A stretch of DNA of 64,000 nt from a virus (Duplodnaviria; Caudoviricetes): the IMG/VR virus record IMGVR_UViG_3300028805_000061; one strand, 5' to 3'. The notes under the pieces were generated by a model, which made no database searches, had not been told where the DNA came from, and was given only the letters and a program-made list of their open reading frames with translations. This document shows positions 40,500 through 51,311 of the stretch, one piece after another (position 1 is the first letter of the stretch; every line of letters begins with the position of its first letter). The position numbers and the translations under genes are program-made.

Positions 40500-40629
40500 C
40501 ATAATTTTTGGAGACTTCCAAAAATTCAGAATTAATTATTCTGAATTTTTATGTGAGAAGATAAAAATTTGTTCTGAGATTCTTTCTCGAGATCTCATAA
40601 TTTTGGGTGTCTCCAAAATTCAGAATTAA
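40500..40629. repeat. Two 34-36-nt hairpin-forming direct repeats in a 300-nt non-coding region
   Basis: cataatttttggagacttccaaaaattcagaattaa (40500-40535) and cataattttgggtgtctccaaaattcagaattaa (40596-40629), plus a 13-bp inverted repeat at 40520-40550. Confidence 0.8.
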
Positions 40630-40690
40630 ACAAAGAATTTCTTTAAATATGAATAAATTATTATGTAATCAATTTATAGGGAGACAACAA

Positions 40691-41822
40691 ATGATAAATA
40701 CTAAAAAAGAACCACATAATGTTACTTTAATAGTAAGAGGTTGTGAAAATATTTATGTTTGTGATAGATGTGGTAAAGAAGTAAAAGAAGCAGATGTAAT
40801 AAAATCTTCAGGAGGAAGGGATATTAATTATGCATATTGTCCAGAATGTGCAAAAATATTATTCCCTCATTATAAGAGAGTAGCTAAAGTAGCATTTACT
40901 AATCCTATAATGAAAAACATAATGGCCGAAGCTAATACAAGATTCGAAAAATTAAGATAATGAGTAATTTAAAAGATATAGAAGCTTTACAAATAATAGA
41001 GTTTTATAGAAAATACAATAAGTATGTACCAGATTTTACTAGAAGTCAGTGGGAAACTATAGCAATACATCAAACACTTAAACTATTTATTGTAAATGCA
41101 TTATTAAAAGAAAATCCTTCAAATAAAGTTCTTAAACAAATAATAAAATTAACAGAAGATAATTTACCAGATAAAGAATTACAACAACTATTAGCAGAAG
41201 GTTTAAAGAAAGCAGAAAAGTAAATGGAAGAGTTAGGACCTATCTTATCAGTTATTATAATTATTTTAATTTTATTTATAATACTAAAAGGATAAAATTA
41301 ATGGAAAATGCTTTTATAAAAACAGCTTATATAAAGATAAGAGATCATATAATAAAGTTAGATAGTATAGTAGATATTTTTTATGATGAAGTAACTAAAC
41401 AAATGAACTTGTCTTTAGGAGTATCAGGTTCTATGACCTCTAATGTAATAATAATAAATGCTGAAAAAGAATATAATAAATTAGTAGAAATATTACCAAT
41501 AAGAGAATTATAAGTAATAAGGAGGGATATTATGAAATTAATAGAATTTGCATTAACATTAGTAGACCAAATTAAGTTTGGTATAGCAAAATATGAAAAA
41601 GACTATAAAAATTTAAAAGGACCAGAAAAGATGGCTCATTTAAATCAAGAAATTACTGACTATTTTATTTTTAAATGGGAAGAAGTAAAAATCAATTTTA
41701 TTATAAAAACATTTCTTAAAAATAAAATTAAAAAAGCTATTCCTATTATAACACAAAAGGTATATGATCTAATTGCTGTTAGAATAGAGGGGGTAACAGA
41801 AAAGATTTTACTTATTAAATAA
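40691..41822 (+). CDS. Cluster of small hypothetical proteins (40691-40960 zinc finger, 40960-41223, 41301-41513, 41532-41822)
   Basis: Plus-strand ORFs. The first has CDRC...CPEC and an SD-supported ATG at 40691. Confidence 0.55.
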
Positions 41823-41933
41823 TTTGATAATATTCATGCAATGTTTTATTAGACTCTCTTCTGAATAGCTCTCCACCTTTATAAAATTCAGAAGAGATTT
41901 ATTTTGGCTATAATGAATAAAAGAGGGATAATA

Positions 41934-42341
41934 ATGCAACTTACTAATAAAATAAGACAAATATATTTAGATAAAGACTATAATTTAGAAGAAATTCCTA
42001 GATTTGAACCAATAAATGCTTTTAGTTATTTTTATTTAGCACAATCTATTGTGTTTGGTATGGAAGTTTATTTAGCTAAAGTAGTACAAGTAGTAATAGA
42101 TAAGCCAGAATGTAAAGGGGAAGAAAAATTCTGGATTGAATCACAAGTAAATGTTTTTATAAATAAATACTTAATTTGGTTAAGAACTCTAATAGAAGAA
42201 TTCAGTACTAATATAAGTATAAGTAGAATAGCTTCAATGAAACAAATAATGATACAAATAAAATTGAACTTAATATTTAAAGGAGATAAAACTGAATATA
42301 CACACAGTTATTTCTTTATAAGAAAGGTAAATAATAAATGA
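41934..42341 (+). CDS. Hypothetical protein, weak sheath-C-terminal/gp25-like pattern
   Basis: FYLAQSI...YLAKVV...IESQVNVFINKYL...IEEF...IMIQIKL. SD GAGGG. Confidence 0.35.
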   Translation: MQLTNKIRQIYLDKDYNLEEIPRFEPINAFSYFYLAQSIVFGMEVYLAKVVQVVIDKPECKGEEKFWIESQVNVFINKYLIWLRTLIEEFSTNISISRIASMKQIMIQIKLNLIFKGDKTEYTHSYFFIRKVNNK

Positions 42342-42811
42342 AAAAAGAGAATTTTATAATAAGAGAAGAGATATATTTAGATAAGTTTAAGTATAAACAA
42401 GAGAAAATTGATTTTGGTAAAATATTTAAAGAATATTATAAATCTATAGAAAGTGATATTGCTGAGTATTTACAATTCATTATAAATAATAATATATCAG
42501 AAGAACAAACTATAGAAGAACAGGAAAACAAAATAAGAACCTCCTTAGAAGAATATAAGGATAGAATAAGATTTAATATAAATTATCAAATTCCATGCAT
42601 TCAAAATATAGATATAGATACTAAGGTATCTACAATGAGTGGATCACAAGAAGAGAATATAGTAAAATTAAAAGAATTAATAATAGTAATAATTAAAATA
42701 GAATTCTTTCAACCAAACTACCCAATAAGTAAATCTCTTGTAAAAGAAAATATTTATAGAGTTCAATTTAATTATATTACTAATTTGAAATCTAATAAGG
42801 GTTGGCATTAG
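42338..42811 (+). CDS. Hypothetical protein, weak sheath-C-terminal/gp25-like pattern
   Basis: KSIESDIAEYLQFII...ENKIRTSLEEY...IIKIEFFQP...IYRVQF. Confidence 0.35.
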   Translation: MKKENFIIREEIYLDKFKYKQEKIDFGKIFKEYYKSIESDIAEYLQFIINNNISEEQTIEEQENKIRTSLEEYKDRIRFNINYQIPCIQNIDIDTKVSTMSGSQEENIVKLKELIIVIIKIEFFQPNYPISKSLVKENIYRVQFNYITNLKSNKGWH

Positions 42812-42933
42812 GAATATTCTATTTAATAGATATTTATATAAATGTAAACTCTATAAATATAATACTAATTCTATCCATCACCCCTTTGGGGGTTTTCTTT
42901 TGAGAAAATATATCAAAAAATATATTAATAAAT

Positions 42934-43185
42934 ATGAAAAAACCATTAAATAAAGAAGATTTTCCAGGAAGGTGGACTAAACAAGCTACTTTTTGTTATT
43001 GTATTGGGGCACAATGTTCTATATGTAATATTCCAGAAGATTTCAAAACAAAATGCCAAATGAAAAATACCATACTAGACTTAGTTCAATATAAAGATAA
43101 ACCCCCTAAGAGATTCATAGAAAGTTTAAAAGAAGAATTAGATGATATAGGGATAGATCCAAATAAATTTTTAATAGGAGAATAA
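42934..43185 (+). CDS. Small Cys-rich protein
   Basis: FCYCIGAQCSIC...KCQMK. Confidence 0.55.
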   Translation: MKKPLNKEDFPGRWTKQATFCYCIGAQCSICNIPEDFKTKCQMKNTILDLVQYKDKPPKRFIESLKEELDDIGIDPNKFLIGE

Positions 43186-43380
43186 TATGCAAATAATAAA
43201 TGAAATAAAAGAAATAATAGATAATTGGTATAATGGGAGAAACAAAATAGCTAATAAAATGGCTAATAATTCTTTAATTCAAATAGAATATAAAGCTAAA
43301 ATAGAATTAAAATTAAAAAATTTATTAAATTATATAAAAGAAAATTTTGGTGATAATGTCTAACCATTCCTTTCTTTTCT

Positions 43381-43474
43381 AGGTAGGAATCACTTCCTAC
43401 CTTCTTTCTAGATTTTTAAACTCCGTAATACTATTCATTTCCCAATCTATTTAAACAGATTGGGAATTTTCTTT
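43381..43474 (+). terminator. Two tandem hairpins/terminators
   Basis: aggtaggaa-tcac-ttcctacct (43381-43402) and ttcccaatct...agattgggaa (43439-43466), each followed by a T-rich tract. Confidence 0.65.
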
Positions 43475-43505
43475 AGAATTATAATAAAGAAGAATATTTA
43501 TTTAT

Positions 43506-44459
43506 ATGACAATAAACTTAGAAAAACTGAATAATTATAAACAAGAAATCACTTTTCTTATAAATCGAAAAGGGAAGATCTTTTATCACAAGATAGACTT
43601 ATTTCATGATCATGAAGATTTATTATTTGAAAATAAAGATGAAGTTGGTGAATATGATGTATGCAGATTAGTATATGACCCAAATAGTGATGATGCTAGT
43701 TTTTGTGGAATTCCTGGTATAAGTGCTTCAATGAATGTTAGGTTTAACAACCTTCCTTTTGAATTAAAATCTACACACTTAAATGCTATAGAAAATTGGG
43801 TTAAACAGTATGATGATATAGTTAAATATGCAGAAGAACACAAAGATGAATACAGTTCAGATAATGCTGCACAATTTGTAAGAAGTATGAATAGAATGTA
43901 TGTAGCATTATACAAAAATGATAAAAATAAAAGGGCTTCTTGGGAACAAGTTTGTAAAACTTGGTATAAATGGCAACAACAGTATCCAGTACTTAAATGG
44001 TTAGATGCTGATGAAGAATGTACTAAATTAGATCAATCCGATTTAGTAGGAGTTTTCTTTGAACCTAGAGATCAAGAAGCAATAAATGACTATTTACAAG
44101 ATTGTATTTATAGAGCTGAAGAAAGATATAAAAGAATTTCAATAGAGAAATGCTCATCCTTTATTGAAGAAAAACCAGTTGAAATGCCAGGTAGTACTGA
44201 AACTCATAAAAGTTTTAGAATAGAACAAAAGATGGATCTAGCAAGATTTATTGAAGTAAGTAATCAGATTATACAAGATTCAGGTGAACCAGGTGCTTTG
44301 TATTTCACAATAGGAGGTCAATTACTATATAGTGTAATTACTAGAATTGCTGAAAGAGCTTGTGAAATAAAAGATGAAGAGATTTTACAATTATTACAAA
44401 AACTTAAAATGGTAGAACCTATAGAAGGAGAGGATAGTGAAAAAACAAGAGTATTATAA
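43506..44459 (+). CDS. Hypothetical protein
   Basis: 317-aa ORF; no motif recognised. Confidence 0.6.
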   Translation: MTINLEKLNNYKQEITFLINRKGKIFYHKIDLFHDHEDLLFENKDEVGEYDVCRLVYDPNSDDASFCGIPGISASMNVRFNNLPFELKSTHLNAIENWVKQYDDIVKYAEEHKDEYSSDNAAQFVRSMNRMYVALYKNDKNKRASWEQVCKTWYKWQQQYPVLKWLDADEECTKLDQSDLVGVFFEPRDQEAINDYLQDCIYRAEERYKRISIEKCSSFIEEKPVEMPGSTETHKSFRIEQKMDLARFIEVSNQIIQDSGEPGALYFTIGGQLLYSVITRIAERACEIKDEEILQLLQKLKMVEPIEGEDSEKTRVL

Positions 44460-45702
44460 AAGTTTTCTTAAACCAGAACAAAATAAACTTTCCAGAAAAT
44501 TAAAGAAAAAAGCTAGAAATTTATTTAGAGGTGATAATGGTCCAGTAATAGTGACTAATCTTACCCAATTTTTGAATATTTATAAACCAGATTCAGAAAC
44601 ATATAAAGATACTATAGAAAGATAAGGAGAAGGTAATGAATAATTTAGATCCACAAATACATAACTTAGAAGTAAATATTGATAATCAACCATATTCAGA
44701 TAAAGATTATACTTTATTAGCTATAACAAAATTAATATGGGCTAATCAAAAAGAATTATTTCAAAGAGTAGAATCTTTAGAGAATAGAATAATTGCTGTA
44801 GAATAACTGCTGTAGAAAATATGCAGAAGGTATAAAATATAAAGATTATGAATATGTATAGGTAGATAAAACCTATTAAGGACAAGACAATGAATATTAT
44901 ATTTGCCAAACAGAATTCAAACACTATTGTATTTAGGACACCTCTTTTAGTTCCTAAATTTTATACTACAGTAAATGATTATGTAGAATCAAATCTCCCA
45001 TTACCTCTTTTATTGCACAAGAGTATAATTCAAGCACTTCGGCACTCTCCTTGTGTAAGACTTTTACCAGAAAAAATGTTTGACAAAGAATTTGAGGGAG
45101 AACCAGTTATGTGTTTAGAGGCTACTAATGAAAAAGTATAAAAGAGAAGACTGTTTTTATTTTACTGGTGTATATTGTGAAAATACACATGAATATGAAT
45201 GTGCAAGAGGACATTGTGTTTGTCATGCTTGTTTTGAATATATGAATTGGTGGCAAAGGTTTTGTATGAGAATAGAAGTAGAACTTTTACAAAGAGGAAT
45301 TTGGCTAGATTCTATTTTTCATAAAAGAAAATTATTTATTAAAAGGAAAAGAAAATGAAAATAATACTTAATATATCAGATAAAGTAATTGAAAATTATA
45401 GGAATGAATGGTTTAGTGAAGCAGTTGAACCTTATAAACAAATTCTAGAAGATATAGCCGAAATAATAGCTGAAAGAATTGATTGCATGTATGAAATAGA
45501 TAAAAATTCTAAAAATATAATTAATTATAAATAGGGAGATAAATAATGCCCAGAATAGATAATATATATAAATGTTGTAATTTTAATTGGAATGAAAATC
45601 TTAATAAAACTTGTAACAAAGATAATAAATTCCAAAGATGTATTTTATTAGATGACAACTATTATTGTTATAATTATGAAAATAAAGAAAAAGAGAGAAA
45701 AG

Positions 45703-46113
45703 ATGTATCACATTAAAGAAGATATTGCAGAAATTGTTAAAGATCTACCTCCTAATTTTACAGTAAAACCCATAAAAGAGAAAATATTACAAAAGTGGGG
45801 ATATTGTAGTAATGGTTGGATATCAGAATGTTTAAAAAAATTGGGATATGCTTATAATAGGTCAAGTAAATATTGGTATAAAAAACCAATTATTATAGAC
45901 AGTATTACAATTCAAGCTCATGAGAATATAGTAAAAGGATATAAAGATAAAATAGGTTCTATTATTTCAAGTTTACTAAATAAAGATTACTGTAGTAAAT
46001 GTAAGAAGAAAACCCTTTGTAAATATTATACTGGGTCAAGATTTTCACCTTGTAAAATTTGTATAGGTCATAAAAATTTAATAGAAGAAATAGTAAACTT
46101 AGCAAAAATTTAA
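45703..46113 (+). CDS. Winged-HTH + Cys/His zinc-binding protein, paralogue 1
   Basis: FTVK...SNGWISECLKKLGYAYNRSSKYW; KDKIG...DYCSKCKKK..CK.Y...C..HK.LI.EIV. Confidence 0.6.
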   Translation: MYHIKEDIAEIVKDLPPNFTVKPIKEKILQKWGYCSNGWISECLKKLGYAYNRSSKYWYKKPIIIDSITIQAHENIVKGYKDKIGSIISSLLNKDYCSKCKKKTLCKYYTGSRFSPCKICIGHKNLIEEIVNLAKI

Positions 46114-46605
46114 AATGATAGAACCTATAGAAGGAGACTATACATGGCATATCAGGAATATAAGAAAGGCGGGAATAGTCCTAAATCAAAAAGTTCTAAT
46201 AATCAACGAAGGACAGAAATAAAAGAAAGTTCTTCAAAATTTTATAGAAGAAATGCAAAAGAACAAATAGAACAACAGATAAAGGAGAATTTAGAATGAG
46301 AAGTTATAACAAAAATTGGTCATGGAATAAATTGACTAAAAATGAAAGAAGACTATATTATGAAAAAGAAAAAGAATATAGTCAGAAATATTATAAGGGA
46401 GGTAGCATTGATACAGCAGACAAACTTAGAATATATAATGAAGTCAAAGGTGATAGAGGATTATTCTTTTAATGGGTAAATACATAATAAAGAATTATCC
46501 TACATACAGTGAATGTATTATTGACGAATGTCAAGATTGTACTGACTATGTTATAAAACAGATTGTGGAGTTATGCAAACATTATAAAAAGTATAGTGAT
46601 TGTAG

Positions 46606-46673
46606 TGACTACATTATCAAAGGTGTTAAAAATGAATTTTTCTTGTAAACCAGATATATTTGAACAAACTTAT
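46606..46673 (+). pseudogene. Frameshifted 3' fragment of the 13716-13982 gene
   Basis: tgactacattatcaaaggtgttaaaaatgaatttttcttgtaaaccagatatatttgaacaaacttat matches 13898-13967 with two substitutions and a 2-nt deletion. Confidence 0.85.
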
Positions 46674-46683
46674 AGGGAGGTAA

Positions 46684-47175
46684 TTGATGCATAAATTTGT
46701 AAAAGATGCAAAAGATATAGTAGAAGAAACAGTAAAAGAATTAGAAAAAATAGGTTGTAATGAATTTACAGCTAAACAATTAAGAACACATTTTTATGAA
46801 TCAGTACAAATTAGTTCTGGATGGTTAACTGAATGTCTAAATAGTATAGGTTATTATTATAATAGAGTAAAAAGAGTATGGACAAAAAGACCAGTTACAC
46901 AAATTACTAAAACTACTTATATTAAAGAAGAAGTATATCAAAAGGTAAAATTAAAATTAGATAAATTAAAAGATAAAATAGGGGAAATTTTAACAGGAAT
47001 AGCTAATGATGATTACTGTTCTAGATGTAAAAAGAAAATTACTTGTAAACATTATAATTTAGGAGAAAGTTTTATAATTAGATTATTTGCTAGAAAAGAT
47101 ATATGTAAAGCACATAAAGAATTAATAAATGAGATAGTTGATTTAAGTGGGATTTTATTAGAAAATGAACAATAA
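46684..47175 (+). CDS. Winged-HTH + Cys/His zinc-binding protein, paralogue 2
   Basis: FTAK...SSGWLTECLNSIGYYYNRVKRVW; KDKIG...DYCSRCKKK..CK.Y...C..HK.LI.EIV. Confidence 0.6.
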   Translation: MMHKFVKDAKDIVEETVKELEKIGCNEFTAKQLRTHFYESVQISSGWLTECLNSIGYYYNRVKRVWTKRPVTQITKTTYIKEEVYQKVKLKLDKLKDKIGEILTGIANDDYCSRCKKKITCKHYNLGESFIIRLFARKDICKAHKELINEIVDLSGILLENEQ

Positions 47176-47218
47176 TCAATTTAAAAATTTATTAGAGAAA
47201 TAATAGAGGAAGTAAAAA

Positions 47219-47491
47219 ATGAACCCAACAATAAATCTAGAACAATATGTTAAAAATATTATAAAATATCATATTAATGATTTCGGTCTAGTTGAATTAG
47301 GTAGATTAAGATATGAACTAGATTTATATTTAGCAGCAGGACCAAATAATCTAGAATTTTGCCCTTGTGAAATTTCAGATGAGGGAGAATTAAAAATTTT
47401 ATTTAAAGATAAATTAAAAGATTGTTGGCATAGATTAGATATTACTATTCCAGCAGTAATAGCTGAACAAGAAAGGTTAGAGAATGAATAA
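47219..47491 (+). CDS. Small protein, possible sheath-C-terminal-like domain
   Basis: LEQYVKNIIKYHIND....LGRLRYELDLYL...GELKILFK...LDITI. Confidence 0.35.
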   Translation: MNPTINLEQYVKNIIKYHINDFGLVELGRLRYELDLYLAAGPNNLEFCPCEISDEGELKILFKDKLKDCWHRLDITIPAVIAEQERLENE

Positions 47492-48134
47492 CAATGGATA
47501 ATGAAGAATTTGAAATTAGTTTTTTATTAAAAAGATTGCAAAAAGAGAATAAAGAATTAAGGGAGAAACTTGAAAATGAACAACAATCAGTTCAAAAAAG
47601 TAATAAGAACAAAAATTGAAGAAGAAGTAAATGGTAGACAACTAATTTGTTATTATGTAGATATTAACAATAATACAAGAATAATTTATGTATATAATAA
47701 AGATTTTGAAATAAAAGGAACCATTAGTCTTTATTTGAATGATCGAGACTGTTCATTAGAATATTCTTTAAATAAAAACAAATTAGTAAGTATTTGTAAT
47801 TATGAATGCAAGTTTTCTGGTTCGTATTTGGAATTAGATAAGATATTTAATTCTATAGAAATAATGATTGAAGCTATAAAAAGGAATTAAGATGAAAATA
47901 ACTTTTGAATTTGATGATAATGAACCTAGATTTTATGAAAATCATGAATCAACAAAACTTTATGCAATGGAAAATGCTGAAATATTAGGATTTTCATTAC
48001 AACAAATATTTAATAAAATAAAATATTGGGAAAAGAATGAAGATAAATATAATGTTTCTACAGATGAAGTAAGAGATGCTTTAGTAGAAATACTAGATAA
48101 TAATGGTATAAATTTAGAAAGGTTAGGATATTAG

Positions 48135-48629
48135 ATGAGTAATGAGAATATTAAAAGTTTAATTAAAGAGATTATTGAGAAAAGAAAAGAAGCTTTTAGT
48201 ACACAAATTATAGCAGATGAACTTACTACTAGAAATATTACAGCTTATAAAAATACTATAACTAAAATACTAAAGGAATTAGGTTATTCTTTTGATAAAA
48301 GCAGTAAAACTTGGAAATGTAAAAAAGAAAAATCTTTAGAATTACCAGAAACAATAAAAGTGTTTACTCCACATATAATTACTTATATTTTTAATGGAAC
48401 TAAATTAGAAAAAATGGATCATCACTTCCTGGGAGTATTCTATAAAAAAGAAGATGCAGAAGCACATTTGAGATTACAAATAGATTTTTATGCAAAAATA
48501 GCTAAAACTATAACTGATAATAATCCTGAAGCTAAATTCAACATTAGTGTCCACTTATATGAAATGGATGCACATAAATCAGATAAAGGATTTATATTTG
48601 CTACAGAATTTATGGGAGAAAATAAATAA
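48135..48629 (+). CDS. Winged-HTH paralogue 3 with a different C-terminal domain
   Basis: FSTQIIADEL...ITKILKELGYSFDKSSKTW; FLGVFYKKEDAE domain. Confidence 0.55.
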   Translation: MSNENIKSLIKEIIEKRKEAFSTQIIADELTTRNITAYKNTITKILKELGYSFDKSSKTWKCKKEKSLELPETIKVFTPHIITYIFNGTKLEKMDHHFLGVFYKKEDAEAHLRLQIDFYAKIAKTITDNNPEAKFNISVHLYEMDAHKSDKGFIFATEFMGENK

Positions 48630-49732
48630 TGAATAATGAAGAATCACTAGATAAAATGCTTGAAGAATTTTCACAAGAAGAATTAAATTCTAAATCTGAT
48701 AAAGAGAAAATAGCTGATTTAATTGTAGAAAATCAAATGCTAGAACATAAGATGATGGTTTTAGCAGCATTAGCTATAGGGGCTTCTAAAGTACTTGATT
48801 ATTATGCAAGTTCTAGTCTAGCTAAACCCACATTTACTATGGTGGATTATTCAAAAGAAGACCAACCCTTATATAGTAAAGCTAAATATAAAGTAACAGA
48901 AGTATTAGATACAAAAGGTCCAGATAAAGAATTTTTAGTAGGAATGAATATGTATGATCTAAATATAGATACTGAAACTGCACAAAAAACTTCACAACAA
49001 ATTTTAGAAAAAATTAAAGAATTAGGTATTATTATAGAAGAAAAATATGAAGAACCTACAGAAGAATCTTTCGAATCAAAAGATAAACAGTTACACTTAG
49101 ACTTTAATGAAGGTGAAATAGATGAGAACTAAATGGGGTAAAAATTATAATAAACCAACAAAAAGCTTTATTAAAAATCAAGCTATGAATAAATTTAAAG
49201 AGCGTTTAAAGCAAATTCTTATTGCTACATTGGATGTACCTTGTGGGTATATAGATGTTTCTACACATTCAAAAGCTGAAGAAGAATTATTATATAAAGA
49301 AAAAGTTGAACCAGTAAGAAAACAAGTTTTAAATGATTATGGTGAGATAACTAAAGATTTACCAAGAAAAGAGAAAAAGAGACTAAGAAAGACCCATCAG
49401 GAGATTATAGAGATATGGTAAAAGACAATTGTCATGATTGTAAACATAGAGAATTAGGTATTAATTATACAAATTGTAAAAGAAAATGCTCTTATAAATA
49501 TAAAATGCAAAGATATAGATCTAATAAAGATATAGAAGAGGTAGTTTGTAATCTATATAAAGATGTAAATAATTATTTAAGAGATTGGGTTAAAGAGAAT
49601 TTTCAGACTAGTGAACAAATAAAAGAGAATCAAGAATTATGTGAAACTTTATTTGATTTTGGGGAATTTGTTCTTAGAAAAATAATTCCTTATTCACCTA
49701 AAATGGATTTTATGAATCATGAATTAATGTAA
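48629..49732 (+). CDS. Cluster of hypothetical proteins (48629-49132, 49122-49421, 49415-49732)
   Basis: Coupled plus-strand ORFs. Confidence 0.55.
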
Positions 49733-49747
49733 GAAAGGAGATTAAAC

Positions 49748-50116
49748 ATGAGAAAAGTTGAAATTGGAACAAGTAATTATACTGAAGTATTTGCTATAGG
49801 TGCTAAAATGTATAATGCTAATCATTATTATGAAGTAAGACAAACACCCAGTGAAGGAGCAACTATTTCTGATAAAGGGATTTATGCTAAAATCAAATTT
49901 CAAGAAGGCCCTATTAAAGAACGTGGTATAAATGGTTGTCACAATGAAGATTTAATTGCAATAGTAATAGATAGACTTCAAAGTTTTCAAGAAAGTTCTT
50001 ATGAATGTAAAGAAAATGCCATGGCAATAACAAAACTTGAAGAAGCTTTACTTTGGTTAAGAAAAAGAACTGATGATAGAATCAAAAGAAATGTAGAAGG
50101 AACAAGTCAGTTATGA
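49748..50116 (+). CDS. tad1: Tad1-family anti-defence cyclic-nucleotide sponge
   Basis: ANHYY...IKFQEGPIKERGINGCHNEDLIAIVIDRLQSFQ...CKENAMAITKLEEALLWLRKRTDDRIKRNVEGT matches the Tad1 pattern as recalled (IKFQ.G...DLL.IV.DRL.SFQ...REN.ALT.EEALMW..R..DR..R.V.GT). Confidence 0.85.
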   Translation: MRKVEIGTSNYTEVFAIGAKMYNANHYYEVRQTPSEGATISDKGIYAKIKFQEGPIKERGINGCHNEDLIAIVIDRLQSFQESSYECKENAMAITKLEEALLWLRKRTDDRIKRNVEGTSQL

Positions 50117-50326
50117 TGCCACAAGGATGTGTAGATATAGGAAATATAATCTGTCCTAGAAAAGATAAATGTTTAAGAAGGGAATCAGCAATTTGTGCAC
50201 CTTCTGGAGTAACACTTTTAGTTAATATGTATGACTATAAAAATGACTGTTGTGAGTACTATATTGAAAATGAAAATATAGAGAAAGGTAATTAGAATGT
50301 TTAATATAAAAAAGGAGGACCATTTA

Positions 50327-51022
50327 ATGGAAGTAATACATAAGAAAACTCAAAATAGATACTATATTGATGATGTTGTAATTGATTCAACCAATGAATT
50401 AGAACCAGAAAAACAAGTAAAAATTCTTTATAGTAATGATAAAGCCGAAAGATTTGTTAGAGAAGCTCATGAGTTTATCGAAAAATTCTATATACCACAT
50501 GGATTTAATATTTTAAGTAAAGCTTGTGAATTAGCAATGCAAGATGTAGAAGAATTTCATAATAGAGTTGAATCAGTAAATAATATACAACATAATAAAA
50601 TAGAAGAAGGTAAACTTACTTGGGAAGATGTTAAAGAATGTGACTGGAGCAATTCTTCTTGTAATGAATGTCAATGCGAAAAAGAGTATATAGGTGAAAT
50701 GATAGATGTAGATGTTTATAATACTTATAAACAAACAGTAGAAAATAGGTGGTATGCTCCACTATCAATAATTAAACTTTGTGCTTATACTCAATTGAAA
50801 GAATTGTTTACTATAAGATGTTCTGATTTTGATTTAGTTAAGAAAGATTATGATAATGCAACTAGTGAATATTTCTTATTAGGTTACAGGTATTTAAGTG
50901 ATTTTCGCAAAAATCCTTGTCAAGTATGTAAAATACCTTTTAAAGTATTTAATAAGATTCTAGATGCAATAAATACTAGAGTAGAAAAAGGAGAAGATGA
51001 TGACCAATTCTTTGATGACTAA
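50327..51022 (+). CDS. DUF1653-like N-terminal domain protein
   Basis: VIHKKTQNRY...IDSTN...ILYS....FVREAHEF.EKF. SD AGGAGG before ATG 50327. Confidence 0.55.
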   Translation: MEVIHKKTQNRYYIDDVVIDSTNELEPEKQVKILYSNDKAERFVREAHEFIEKFYIPHGFNILSKACELAMQDVEEFHNRVESVNNIQHNKIEEGKLTWEDVKECDWSNSSCNECQCEKEYIGEMIDVDVYNTYKQTVENRWYAPLSIIKLCAYTQLKELFTIRCSDFDLVKKDYDNATSEYFLLGYRYLSDFRKNPCQVCKIPFKVFNKILDAINTRVEKGEDDDQFFDD

Positions 51023-51311
51023 TAGCGAAGATGTTCAATCAGAAATTTTTAAACAATTAGAAGAAATTCTAACTCCTTATTACAAAGAATTAATAAACGA
51101 GTCTAATTGGAGGGTATTATCATATAGTATAATAAATAAATTTGATTTTTGGCAATGGGAAAATTCTATATTAAATTATAAAATAATATGTAATAATAAT
51201 TGTTCAGATCTTATTTTAGAATATGACATACCCTTTTCTGAAGGATGGTTTCTTTATTGTCATTTAAGAAAAGGTCATTTAATGTTAAAATTTGTACCAA
51301 AAGAATTCTAA
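50997..51311 (+). CDS. Stand-alone tail-sheath C-terminal-domain-like protein
   Basis: IFKQLEEILTPYYKELINESNWRVLSYSIINKFDFWQWENSILNYKIICNNN parallels the sheath i...l..y.fE.n...w..i...i...l......I.dy.viCd..N pattern. Confidence 0.5.
   Translation: MMTNSLMTNSEDVQSEIFKQLEEILTPYYKELINESNWRVLSYSIINKFDFWQWENSILNYKIICNNNCSDLILEYDIPFSEGWFLYCHLRKGHLMLKFVPKEF

Noticed and set aside
40500-40629. CRISPR array
   Set aside because: Only two imperfect repeats, a 60-nt spacer that is itself structured, and no cas genes. Kept as a structured-element finding.
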